Assembly (NCBI GenBank): GCA_964291655.2
Contig: OZ219802.1
Location: 2,336,001 to 2,400,000 of the forward strand
Source: Chloroflexota bacterium
GTDB taxonomy: Bacteria > Chloroflexota > UBA11872 > VXOZ01
Direction of reading: 5' to 3'
Length of the DNA: 64,000 nt
Position 1 is the first letter of the stretch, and every line of letters starts with the position of its first letter. This document shows positions 19,643-28,519 of this stretch, one piece after another. Below the pieces are notes generated by a model. It was not told the origin of the DNA and made no database searches. It saw nothing but the letters and a program-made list of their open reading frames with translations. The position numbers and the translations under genes were made by a program.

Positions 19643-20773
19643 CTAGGTAGTTAGCTTCACGTAGAGGTAGTTAAGCACAATGCGGAGAATGGCCGCAGTT
19701 GGGATGGCGAGCAACATGCCGGAGATGCCAAAGAGCGCGCCTCCGGCTAAGATTGCAAAAATTGTCAATACCGGATTAAGCTGCACGTACCGGCCCACGA
19801 CGTTCGGGATGATGAGATAGTCTTCCAGATGCCGCAATACGGTGTACACGAGGGCAACTACAATCGCGTTCACTACCGGCGACCAACCGAACGGGCTTGG
19901 ATAAACCAACGCAAGCAAGACGGCCGGCGTTGCCGCCATGACAGGGCCGATAAAGGGGATCAGCTCCAGGAAGCCCGCTACGGGGGCAAGCACCAATGCA
20001 TAGGGAACGCCTAAGAGACGCAAGGAGATGTAGGTCGCTACCGACATGATTATTACCAGCATCAATTCGCCGCGAATGAAGCGGCCGAGCATGCGATCGA
20101 CCTGACCGCCCAACGTTGCCATTTCTTGCCGGTAAGGCGCCGGTACGATGCGCCGCGCCCACGTCCCAAAACGATTCGACTCTAGTAACAAATAGAACGT
20201 GGCAAAGAGACAGAGCAGGAATTTCAGCATGAGTTCCACTACGTGAATCGCAATGTCTAGTGCGGCATCGACCATGGTGGAAGTAGCAGAATCCAGCGCC
20301 CCTGCCAACAGCTCGCCGGATGTGCCGATTACGGTTTCTAACCCAAAGAGATCAATCTGCGCGTACGAGGCGAGAGTATTATCGAGATTCTCGACAATAC
20401 TTGGCAGGCTGCCGCGAAGGCCTTCAAGTTCACGACTCAACGGCGGGTAGCCGAAGGTAAAGAGCAGCACAATGCCGCCAACGAAGAAGCCCATGAGAAT
20501 CAAGGTCACCCAGAAGCGATGCAGACGCGTATGTCTACAGACCCAGGAGACGAGAGGCGCCAACAGGTATGCTAAGACCGCCGCCCAAATGAACGGCCAG
20601 ATAATGGCCCGCACGCCGTAAACAAAAAAGACCGCAACGACGAGGAGCAGCAAGACCACCATGACCTTGGTGCGTTGCGAGAAGCGGATACCCTGAGGCT
20701 GCGGCAACGGTGGATTCTCCGGTGCTTCCTCAGAGACGTCCTCGACCTCGGAAGGCTCTGCGATGCTGCTCAT
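19643..20773 (-). CDS. AI-2E family transporter
   Basis: LAYLLAPLV, ELIPFIGP, LEDYLIIPNVVG..LNPVL..GGALFG. Confidence 0.92.
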   Translation of the reverse strand: MSSIAEPSEVEDVSEEAPENPPLPQPQGIRFSQRTKVMVVLLLLVVAVFFVYGVRAIIWPFIWAAVLAYLLAPLVSWVCRHTRLHRFWVTLILMGFFVGGIVLLFTFGYPPLSRELEGLRGSLPSIVENLDNTLASYAQIDLFGLETVIGTSGELLAGALDSATSTMVDAALDIAIHVVELMLKFLLCLFATFYLLLESNRFGTWARRIVPAPYRQEMATLGGQVDRMLGRFIRGELMLVIIMSVATYISLRLLGVPYALVLAPVAGFLELIPFIGPVMAATPAVLLALVYPSPFGWSPVVNAIVVALVYTVLRHLEDYLIIPNVVGRYVQLNPVLTIFAILAGGALFGISGMLLAIPTAAILRIVLNYLYVKLTT

Positions 20774-20911
20774 AGACTCACTTTACCAATTCAATTCGTA
20801 AGCAAGGCACACATATTAACTATGACACAGGCAGCACGGAAACGCATCTCTCCCCAAGGGAAGAGGCCTTCTGTGGGATCAAAATACGAGCGCAAATCGC
20901 GCAAGAAACTG

Positions 20912-20940
20912 TTGACGAATGCTTAATTTTCGCTTAGAAT
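20912..20940 (+). promoter_or_regulatory. Sigma70-type promoter
   Basis: TTGACG, 17 nt, TAGAAT; RBS AGGAGG before ATG 20994. Confidence 0.7.
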
Positions 20941-20993
20941 TAAGGGCGTACGCTATTCACATAAGTTCAACTGTCTGGGTCAGGAGGCAATAG

Positions 20994-21401
20994 ATGGCGA
21001 GTAGTACCGACGTTGATGCAGTCCTTCGAATTTACACCTCCTATCTTGCAAATCAAAGGCGGCTTTCACGAACGGAGACGGGTAAGCGGATACGATGGCT
21101 GAGAGAATTTGGTCTCTCTATGTGCAATCGGAAGACAATCTACGAAATATCGGTACGTGACGTCGTCATCTACTTTGCAGAGTGGTCTGAGAAATTTGAA
21201 AATCCGGCTGAATGGTATGACCGTTATAAGGTCCTTGAAAGATTTTTCGACGATCTTGTAGACATGCAAGTTCTTGAAACAAATCAAATCAAAGGCATTT
21301 ACGACGATACCGATATCGAGCCCGATCTCGCGGAAGATACGGAACCGGCAGAATCACTCGCGCCGGTAAACTGGTTGCGACAGGACCATCCTCTGTATTA
21401 G
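20994..21401 (+). CDS. Hypothetical protein resembling the core-binding (SAM-like) domain of XerC/D-type tyrosine recombinases, no catalytic domain
   Basis: YL..QRRLS..T....R.LREF..I.EIS..DV..Y.AE..LERFF..LV....LETN helical pattern; acidic tail; own promoter and RBS. Confidence 0.6.
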   Translation: MASSTDVDAVLRIYTSYLANQRRLSRTETGKRIRWLREFGLSMCNRKTIYEISVRDVVIYFAEWSEKFENPAEWYDRYKVLERFFDDLVDMQVLETNQIKGIYDDTDIEPDLAEDTEPAESLAPVNWLRQDHPLY

Positions 21402-21838
21402 GCGTTGCACTTTTATTAGGTGGGTCCGTCTGGCGAATAAAACAGTAGATGGAAGTCCACTGTAGTGGTTTCCTGGCTGACAATAAACCAACCAGGTGCT
21501 GCCGCTCCCGTTGCGCAGGCTCTCCTTCACGCTTCAACGTACCGATCAATACATTGGCGGAGCGCACCGCCAATGACATAACGGAGAGACAGACTTCTCG
21601 GGTACGCTCTGTGCCAGGACGGCAGGCAACGCGGCATTCTGACGCACATGCCAACGCGAGTTAATCGTTTGCGACCCCTTCTATGGCGGCCTGCTCGCCG
21701 CTCGTGCTGAACCCCCCCCTTCTGCTCGGCGACCACATCTCCACAGTTTCTGCTTTTGCACCGTCGGTGTAGCCAAATGGTGCCAAGCTGAGTTCCAGTG
21801 ACTTTCGCGACCAAGCAACATGGTCAAAAGGACGACGA

Positions 21839-22591
21839 ATGGGAACGCTCTGTTTCGGACTTGACGAGAAAATCGTATTTGCCGGCGATAGCATTACTGA
21901 CTGTGGAAGGCGCACGGAGCAGGACGGTCCCTATGGGAGGGGTTACGTAAGTCTTGTGCGAGCCCTCCTCCACGCGCGCTATCCCGAGTATGGCCTGTCG
22001 GTGGTCAACCGAGGCATTGGCGGCAACACGGTGCGCGACCTGGCGGCGCGTTGGGACGCAGACGTACTTGCCGAGGAAGCGGACTGGCTCTCGGTCAAGA
22101 TCGGCATCAACGACGTAGGGCGGCTCATTGTTGGCAACATGGTAGATCACGTTCCGCTCGCCGAATATGAGGCGACGTATCGTTCACTTCTCCAACAGAC
22201 AAAGGCGGCTGCCAACGGCAGGCTCATTCTGATGGAGCCCTATGTGATTGCGCCGCCGTTGCAAGGCGATGCGGAAGTGGTGTCAGGCCTAAGTCTGACA
22301 GATGTGCAGGCGCAATTCGGCAACTTGCGCGCGAGCGGCGTGCAAGAAGATCCGCTCTTGACGGCCGGCTGGATGCATTTCCGTGCCCATATTGATGCTT
22401 ACATTGAGGTTGTACACCGTCTCGCCGGGGAATTTGACGCCATTCTTGTCCGCACCCAAGCCGCCTTCGATGTAGCGCTGGAAGCGCAGCCTCCGGCAGA
22501 GTGGGCTGCGGACCGCATTCATCCCGATTTGCCCGGCCATGCCGTGATTGCCCGCGCTTTCTTGGCAGCGGTAGGATATGGTGATATCTAA
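21839..22591 (+). CDS. SGNH/GDSL hydrolase
   Basis: FAGDSITD, NRGIGG, IGIND, DRIHP blocks. Confidence 0.92.
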   Translation: MGTLCFGLDEKIVFAGDSITDCGRRTEQDGPYGRGYVSLVRALLHARYPEYGLSVVNRGIGGNTVRDLAARWDADVLAEEADWLSVKIGINDVGRLIVGNMVDHVPLAEYEATYRSLLQQTKAAANGRLILMEPYVIAPPLQGDAEVVSGLSLTDVQAQFGNLRASGVQEDPLLTAGWMHFRAHIDAYIEVVHRLAGEFDAILVRTQAAFDVALEAQPPAEWAADRIHPDLPGHAVIARAFLAAVGYGDI

Positions 22592-22721
22592 GACCTCGCA
22601 TTCCAGTTATCCGGGCGGCGCGGGGATGTTTGGAAAAACTGTGCACTGAAAGCTGAAAGTCGCATCACAGCGCACGGGCGCTGGCTAAGAAGTGGTCTAC
22701 CAGGCGCAAAAGGAGATTCGT

Positions 22722-23720
22722 GTGAGTACCAAGCTTCGGGTCGGCATCGTCGGACTTGGCGGCAATGGCGGACGGTTCTTGGAGGCGTACACTACCAACC
22801 CCCGCGTTGAGGTTGCAGCCCTCTGCGACGTGCGGGACGATCACCGCCAGGCGCTGCAAGAGAAGTACGGCGTGCCGCATGGCTATGCCGACTTCGCAAG
22901 GTTCTTGGACCACGACGGCATAGATCTGGTTTCCATCCACGCGCCGGATAGGCTCCACGCGCAATTTGCGCTCGCCGCGCTCGACGCCGCCAAGCACGTG
23001 TTCGTGGAAAAGCCGATGGCGACGAGCATCGAAGACTGCTTGCGCCTTGTGGAACGCGCGGACTGCGCCGCGACGCGGGTGGCGGTTGGGCACGTGCTGC
23101 GCACGCGGCCTTTCTTCCGGATGCTCAAGGGGATGGTGGATGCCGGAGAGCTTGGTTCGCTCTATGCGATGCGTACGCACTACCTTACGAACGCAATGCA
23201 GAGGGGCGAAAGCTTCCTCAAGACTGCGAACAGCAGCTATTCTCCGCCGATGCTCACCATGGGCGTGCATCCGGTGGACTTGATGCGTTGGTACGCGGGC
23301 GACGTGGTGGAAGTGCAGGCCATGGAAAATCAAGGCCTGGCGATGCCCGGGAATCCAATCGACGAGTCGGTGACGGCGGTGTACCGCTTTGCCTCCGGCA
23401 CCACGGGCAGCGTTACGGTGTGTTGGGCGTCGAATTATGTCTTCGACTCTTTCTACGGCCTCGAACTCCACGGTAGCGAGGCGAGTGTGGTCTGGGACAA
23501 GATTCATCGTAGAGAGGCGAACAAGGCAGTGCCGCTGCCCACGCCCCCGCAACCAACGCGCGCCGGCTATGCTGCGGAGGTTGACACCGTTGTAGATAGC
23601 CTCCTCGACGATACCCCGCTCTTCTGCGACGTTCGCGAGGGCGCCCGCAGCGCTATCGCGTGCCTAACGGCCATAGAAGCCGCAAAGTCCGGTGAGACGC
23701 TGCAGGTGTTGAATCCCTAA
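22722..23720 (+). CDS. Gfo/Idh/MocA oxidoreductase
   Basis: RVGIVGLG, HVFVEKPMA, MGVHPVD; RBS AAGGAG before GTG 22722. Confidence 0.92.
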   Translation: MSTKLRVGIVGLGGNGGRFLEAYTTNPRVEVAALCDVRDDHRQALQEKYGVPHGYADFARFLDHDGIDLVSIHAPDRLHAQFALAALDAAKHVFVEKPMATSIEDCLRLVERADCAATRVAVGHVLRTRPFFRMLKGMVDAGELGSLYAMRTHYLTNAMQRGESFLKTANSSYSPPMLTMGVHPVDLMRWYAGDVVEVQAMENQGLAMPGNPIDESVTAVYRFASGTTGSVTVCWASNYVFDSFYGLELHGSEASVVWDKIHRREANKAVPLPTPPQPTRAGYAAEVDTVVDSLLDDTPLFCDVREGARSAIACLTAIEAAKSGETLQVLNP

Positions 23721-23782
23721 CGGATGCAAAGAGCAGAAGTAGCCGGCCTCCGGCCGATTTGTGCTTCGACCCGTCGACGGGA

Positions 23783-24030
23783 TCAGGACAGGCAAGCCCA
23801 GCCCGAACGTACGGAATTTAGGCAAGTCCCGAGGAGTAGCGCGGGGGCTAGTCCCCCGCTCTTAATCCGAGGTCTTGGTAGAATTGCGGACGTATAACCT
23901 CCGGCGGAAGGGCCAGGCGATCACGCTCATGTTTCAATTCTTCGCCGAGTTCAGGACAGGCAAGCCCAGCCCGAACGTACGGAATTGAAGCAAGTCCCGA
24001 GGAGTAGCGCGGGGGCTAGTCCCCCGCTCT
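23783..24030 (+). repeat. Two 80-bp direct repeats, each with a GTAG-type REP
   Basis: 23783-23862 and 23951-24030 nearly identical; each ends GTAGCGCGGGGGCTAGTCCCCCGCTCT. Confidence 0.9.
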
Positions 24031-24097
24031 CAAGTATTGGCAGACCATGCAGTCCTGCCAGAGTCTGAATTGCTCCCGCCATCCCGCGCACATTAGA

Positions 24098-24133
24098 GAA
24101 AGCCCGGAGAGTTGAACACTCTCCGGGCTCTTT
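24098..24133. terminator. Probable bidirectional intrinsic terminator
   Basis: 12-bp stem AGCCCGGAGAGT/ACTCTCCGGGCT flanked by GAA and CTTT, between convergent genes. Confidence 0.7.
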
Positions 24134-24179
24134 CGTCTCTCGACTCTTTTCGTGCGAGACGAGGCGTGGAACCGTTAGC

Positions 24180-25568
24180 CTACAGGTTGGCGGCGTTCCA
24201 GTCGTCCACGATGACCTGGCAGTCTTCCTCTGCCTTCTCAAGGGCCTGCTTGGCGGTGGTTGCTTCTTCGTTCCACCACGGGGTCATGGCTTCGCCGTAA
24301 GCGCCCCGCAATTCACCGTATTGGGGATGCGGGAAGTACGGCTTGGCGTAGTCCGCGGCGCGGGCAAAAGCCAGCAGGTTGGCGGGATCCGGGCTATCAG
24401 CCGAGGGCACGAAGACCTCCTCGGCAATCGAGTTGATCGCCGGGATGATGTTGCCCTGTCCGCCGGTCCAGCTCAGGTGTTCCTCTCCAACGAGGAACGA
24501 AAGGAACTCGGCAGCGGCGTCCAGCTTCTTGGTAGTTGCCACCGTGAAGATTTCCTCGATGCCGAAGAACGCGCCCTTGCCTTCTTGACCATCGCCCATC
24601 GCTGTCGGCTGCTCGACGATGTCGAAGTTCACGCCGGCCTCATGGCGCCGGATCGGCTCTAAGCCCCATGTGCCGTAGACGGCCATGGCGACCTTACCAT
24701 TGGCAAACGAGTTGAAGAACTGCGCGTCCTCTTGGCGGTTGTAGTCTTCAGCGCGCGGGCCGACTTCATACTTCGCCCAGTTGTCGCGCCACCATTGGAC
24801 CGACTCCAGTGCCAAAGGTCCATCCACCACCACATTGGCGCCGGAATCATCCATGAAGCCCTGATACATGCCCGCGATCCAGTAGGCGACGTAGTGTATG
24901 GTCGCCACGCCCCAGATCTTCTCATCGGACGTGCTCAGGCTGGCGGATACCTTCTGCGCCGCATCCAGCCGGTCTTCAAACGTGTCGCTATCCTGGGGAT
25001 AGGGCACGCCGGCCTTGTCGAAGAGGTCCTTGTTGTAGAACCATGCCGTGGTGTTGATGCCGATGGGCGCCGCAATCAATTTGCCCTGCCAGGTAAGACC
25101 ATTCACCAGCGTCTGATTGAGCTGGCTCATGTCGTACTTAAGGCCCTTCAACAGTTCGTTGGCGTCGTACAAGATACCGGAAAAGGGATGCAGCCCCACA
25201 CCAAACCAGCCCATGTCCGGCGCCGCGCCGCCCGCCACCGTGGCGAGGAGCTTCGACCTGGGATTGCCGCCAAAACTGCCGGCAACGTCCAGGGTGTTCA
25301 CATGGACACCGGTCTCCTTGGCGTTGTAGGTCTCCAGGATCCACTCCAGCCAGCGGGTCTTGCCGGCGGAATAATGGGGCCACAGGAAGGTGATTTCCGT
25401 CGCCTCCATCATCGCGGGCTTTTCGGCCTCAGCGGCCATCTCGCCGCCATCTGCCGGGGCCATGGTCGCACCGGTTTGGGCGCAGGCAGCCAGCAACGCC
25501 GTGCCGCCAACCAACGCGGCACCGCCGCGCAGGAACTGGCTTCTTGAAATGCGCTTCTCACTAAGCAT
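24180..25568 (-). CDS. ABC-type sugar-family extracellular solute-binding lipoprotein
   Basis: Tat-like SRSQFL, lipobox LAAC, GGAAPDM, FYNKDLFDKAGV, FANGKVAM. Confidence 0.9.
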   Translation of the reverse strand: MLSEKRISRSQFLRGGAALVGGTALLAACAQTGATMAPADGGEMAAEAEKPAMMEATEITFLWPHYSAGKTRWLEWILETYNAKETGVHVNTLDVAGSFGGNPRSKLLATVAGGAAPDMGWFGVGLHPFSGILYDANELLKGLKYDMSQLNQTLVNGLTWQGKLIAAPIGINTTAWFYNKDLFDKAGVPYPQDSDTFEDRLDAAQKVSASLSTSDEKIWGVATIHYVAYWIAGMYQGFMDDSGANVVVDGPLALESVQWWRDNWAKYEVGPRAEDYNRQEDAQFFNSFANGKVAMAVYGTWGLEPIRRHEAGVNFDIVEQPTAMGDGQEGKGAFFGIEEIFTVATTKKLDAAAEFLSFLVGEEHLSWTGGQGNIIPAINSIAEEVFVPSADSPDPANLLAFARAADYAKPYFPHPQYGELRGAYGEAMTPWWNEEATTAKQALEKAEEDCQVIVDDWNAANL

Positions 25569-25649
25569 GCAAGACCTCCTCTAAGGGTCTAAAGTAAACT
25601 TGCGTATCCCTGTTCCGATTGAACAGACTACCGATTCCGTAGCCTTACT

Positions 25650-25658
25650 ACTATAGCA
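25650..25658 (-). promoter_or_regulatory. Extended -10 promoter of the solute-binding protein gene
   Basis: TGcTATAGT on minus strand. Confidence 0.4.
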
Positions 25659-25707
25659 CAGCCCTTGCTGATTCGTTCCGCAACGTCGATTTGTTGAACG
25701 CTTACTC

Positions 25708-26688
25708 TTAGAGCGGAAGCGTAATGTCCCCGCCTTGCTCAGCCGACATGAAGGTGGCCAGGCACACTTCCAAGGCGCGGCGGCCGTCGTGACCGTCCGG
25801 CATGGGGGGCGTGCCGTTGCGTGCGCTGTCGTAGAAGGCAGCGAGCTGGTTCGTCATGCCCACGCTGCTCGGTTCGGACTCGATCTCCTCGCGCTTGCCG
25901 TCGTGGGTCACCAAAGTCGGCCCGGAGTGCCGGTTGATGTGAATGGCGCCCTTGGTACCGGCAATGCCGAAGTTCGACGCGCCCGCCGGGTAGATCTGGC
26001 TGCTGTGCAGCGAACCGATGGCGCCGTTTTCATAGTTCAACGTCGAGATAAAGGTATCCTCTACGTCGGTATTGGCAAACGTGCCGAACGTGGCGTTGCC
26101 GTGCACGGAAGCAACGGGACCTCCCATCCAGAGGAGCAGGTCAAGTTCGTGCACCGACGACGACCAGGTGCCGCCCACCGTCTCGCGCTTTAGCCGCCAC
26201 TCGCCCACGCCAAACGGGGGCCGCCCGCTCAGGCGTGTCGACCACGCCAGCTTGAGATCGCCGATATCGCCGTTTTGCAACCGCTTGTGCACCTCGACGT
26301 AGGTCGGCCAGTACCGCATCACGAAACCCAGCATCAACGGTACGCCAGCCTTGTCGGCGGCGGCGATCATGGCATCGCAGTCATCGAGCTGCAGCGCCAT
26401 GGGCTTCTCGCAGAAGATGGCGATGCCGGCTTCTGCCGCGTCGACGCAGATTTCCCGGTGCGTCCAGGTGGGCGTTACCACCAAGACCGCATCAAGCCCT
26501 TCAGCGATGAGGTCGCGGTGGTCGGTGAACGCCTTGACACCAAGCTCATCCGCGACCGCTTGAGCGGACTCCTTGTGCACATCCACCACACCGACTAATT
26601 CGATGTCTTCCATCTCATGCGAGATCTTCGCTTCGCTCGGCCCCAGACCTCCACACCCGATGACACCGGTTCGCAACGAATTTGCCAT
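25708..26688 (-). CDS. Gfo/Idh/MocA oxidoreductase
   Basis: GVIGCGGLG, IFCEKPMA, VHELD. Confidence 0.92.
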   Translation of the reverse strand: MANSLRTGVIGCGGLGPSEAKISHEMEDIELVGVVDVHKESAQAVADELGVKAFTDHRDLIAEGLDAVLVVTPTWTHREICVDAAEAGIAIFCEKPMALQLDDCDAMIAAADKAGVPLMLGFVMRYWPTYVEVHKRLQNGDIGDLKLAWSTRLSGRPPFGVGEWRLKRETVGGTWSSSVHELDLLLWMGGPVASVHGNATFGTFANTDVEDTFISTLNYENGAIGSLHSSQIYPAGASNFGIAGTKGAIHINRHSGPTLVTHDGKREEIESEPSSVGMTNQLAAFYDSARNGTPPMPDGHDGRRALEVCLATFMSAEQGGDITLPL

Positions 26689-26886
26689 GATCGGACCCTC
26701 CTCTTAGCTCACATGAACAAGGTAGAGACATTTGCCCCACGCAGATTTGGAAATCATGATAGCAGCTACCATGCCAGTTGGAAACTTTGAGGCTGCGAGA
26801 TACGCAGTAGCTACTTTTCTCTTGCAGTGTAGAGATTTGCCTACCGCCGGAGAGCACGGGGAGTGAGTTGGAACAGGGACCGTACC

Positions 26887-27055
26887 CACTCACCCCGGCC
26901 CTCTCCAAGAAGACCTTTGCAAAACTCCGTCACTCCGGCGCAAGCCGGAATCCAGAGGGATGTGAGTAGTTTGGGTTTGCAAGCCGTGAAGCTGTTCTAC
27001 ACCGACATGACTTCCTTCTCTCAATGAGGCGAAAGGGGATCTGCAACGCCACTCC
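26887..27055 (+). repeat. Composite REP-A / IS-like end / REP-B element (copy 2)
   Basis: CACTCACCCCGGCCCTCTCC, AGACCTTTGCAAAACTCC, GTCACTCCGGCGCAAGCCGGAATCCAG; homologous to 4142-4341 reverse. Confidence 0.6.
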
Positions 27056-27168
27056 AGGGAGGGGTAGCTTATCGCGTGCGAGCCAGGGCCTCGTAAGGGT
27101 CTCCTTCGGCGAGAGAAACTCTGTACAATGGAGCCACGAGTTTCATGGCAATCGCGTAGGAGTTCACT

Positions 27169-28212
27169 ATGGCGGGCAAGTATCGCGTAGGCATTATCGG
27201 TTGCGGGTGGATGGGCAAGTCGCACGCGCAGGCGTATGCCGAATTGGAAAACGTAACCATGGCGGCGGCAGCGGACATCCATCCAAAGTCACTGGCAGAG
27301 TTACAGGAAGAGCACGGCATTCCCAGCGGCTACGACGACTATCACGAGATGCTGGCAAGTGAAGACCTGGATATTGTCAGCGTCTGCTCGTGGCCGGGTC
27401 CGCATGCGCCTATGACGATCGCCGCCGCTGAAGCCAAAGTGCCGGGCATCATCTGCGAAAAGCCCATGGCGCGCACGTTGGCTGAAGCAGACGCCATGAT
27501 AGCCGCCGCCGAGGAGCACGGCTCCAAGCTCGTGATCGGCCACCAAGGCCGCTTTCGCACGCAGACCAACGCGATACGCAGTCTTATCCAGGACGGCGCA
27601 ATCGGCCGTGTGGAGTTTCTCTACATCCAGCAGAACGGCGGTCTGTCGAATAGCTCCATTCACAACGTGGACTACGCGCGCTACATTCTGGGAGACCCCA
27701 AGGTTGAGTGGGTGATGGGCTCAGTAGAGCGGCGCACCGATCGCTACGAACGCGCCGAACGCATCGAGGACCGCGCCCAAGCCCTTATCGGCTTTGCCGG
27801 CGGCGTGCGGGGGGTATTGGAGTCGGATATCGGTGACGACCGGCGCGTGCAGCCCTGTATCGTCTACGGCTCCCACGGCAGCATCTTTCCTGTCAGCAAT
27901 GGCATTCGGCTCCTGGATTCCAATGGTGTCAGAGAGACATCTTTCAAGGAACCCAACGCACAGGCCCTACAAGCCAAGGAACTGATTGAGTGGATTGAGG
28001 GACGGCGCGAGCATCGCGGGCACGCGCAGAACGGCCGCCAGGCGCTCGAAGTGCTGCTGGCGATTTCCGCATCCACCTACACGCGCGGGATCGTCAACTT
28101 TCCGCTGGAAATCACGGAATATCCGCTTGGGTTGGCCGTTGACGAAGGTGTCCTGCCGGTGGAGCAGCCCGGCGCGTACGACATCCGCGGCTATCTGGTA
28201 CGGAAGGACTGA
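27169..28212 (+). CDS. Gfo/Idh/MocA oxidoreductase
   Basis: RVGIIGCGWMG, IICEKPMA, IHNVD. Confidence 0.92.
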   Translation: MAGKYRVGIIGCGWMGKSHAQAYAELENVTMAAAADIHPKSLAELQEEHGIPSGYDDYHEMLASEDLDIVSVCSWPGPHAPMTIAAAEAKVPGIICEKPMARTLAEADAMIAAAEEHGSKLVIGHQGRFRTQTNAIRSLIQDGAIGRVEFLYIQQNGGLSNSSIHNVDYARYILGDPKVEWVMGSVERRTDRYERAERIEDRAQALIGFAGGVRGVLESDIGDDRRVQPCIVYGSHGSIFPVSNGIRLLDSNGVRETSFKEPNAQALQAKELIEWIEGRREHRGHAQNGRQALEVLLAISASTYTRGIVNFPLEITEYPLGLAVDEGVLPVEQPGAYDIRGYLVRKD

Positions 28213-28297
28213 GCGGAGTACACTGAGACGGAGACAGAGGTACATGTCCTGAATCTCCCACGAATTGCAACCCAACGCAGCCTTGCGTTGGGATGTC

Positions 28298-28424
28298 GGC
28301 GGACGGATAGCGCAGAGATGGAATGGTAACGCAGGGGCGGATGGGTATCGCAGGGATGGCTGGGTAGTGCAGGAACGGCTGGGTAGTGCAGGAACGGATG
28401 GGTAGCGCAGGTTTGTAACCTGCG
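28298..28424 (+). repeat. Six 19-bp tandem units running into an intact GTAG-type REP
   Basis: Units such as AACGGCTGGGTAGTGCAGG; last unit continues as GTAGCGCAGGTTTGTAACCTGCG. Confidence 0.85.
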
Positions 28425-28519
28425 GCTTTGCCAGCTCTCTCAGGAGGGATTTGGCCCACATGCCTAGGCGCAACTGCCTGGGGTTCATGACATTGAAAAC
28501 AGCAAAGGAGGCACCCGAC

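Noticed and set aside
20945-20972. Possible dif-like site upstream of the recombinase-like gene
   Set aside because: Only about 5/11 and 7/11 matches to XerC and XerD arms; compatible with chance.
21402-21838. Intergenic hairpins (e.g. CATTGGCGG..CCGCCAATG) as a possible ncRNA
   Set aside because: No recognisable RNA family motif; isolated hairpins are common in this genome.
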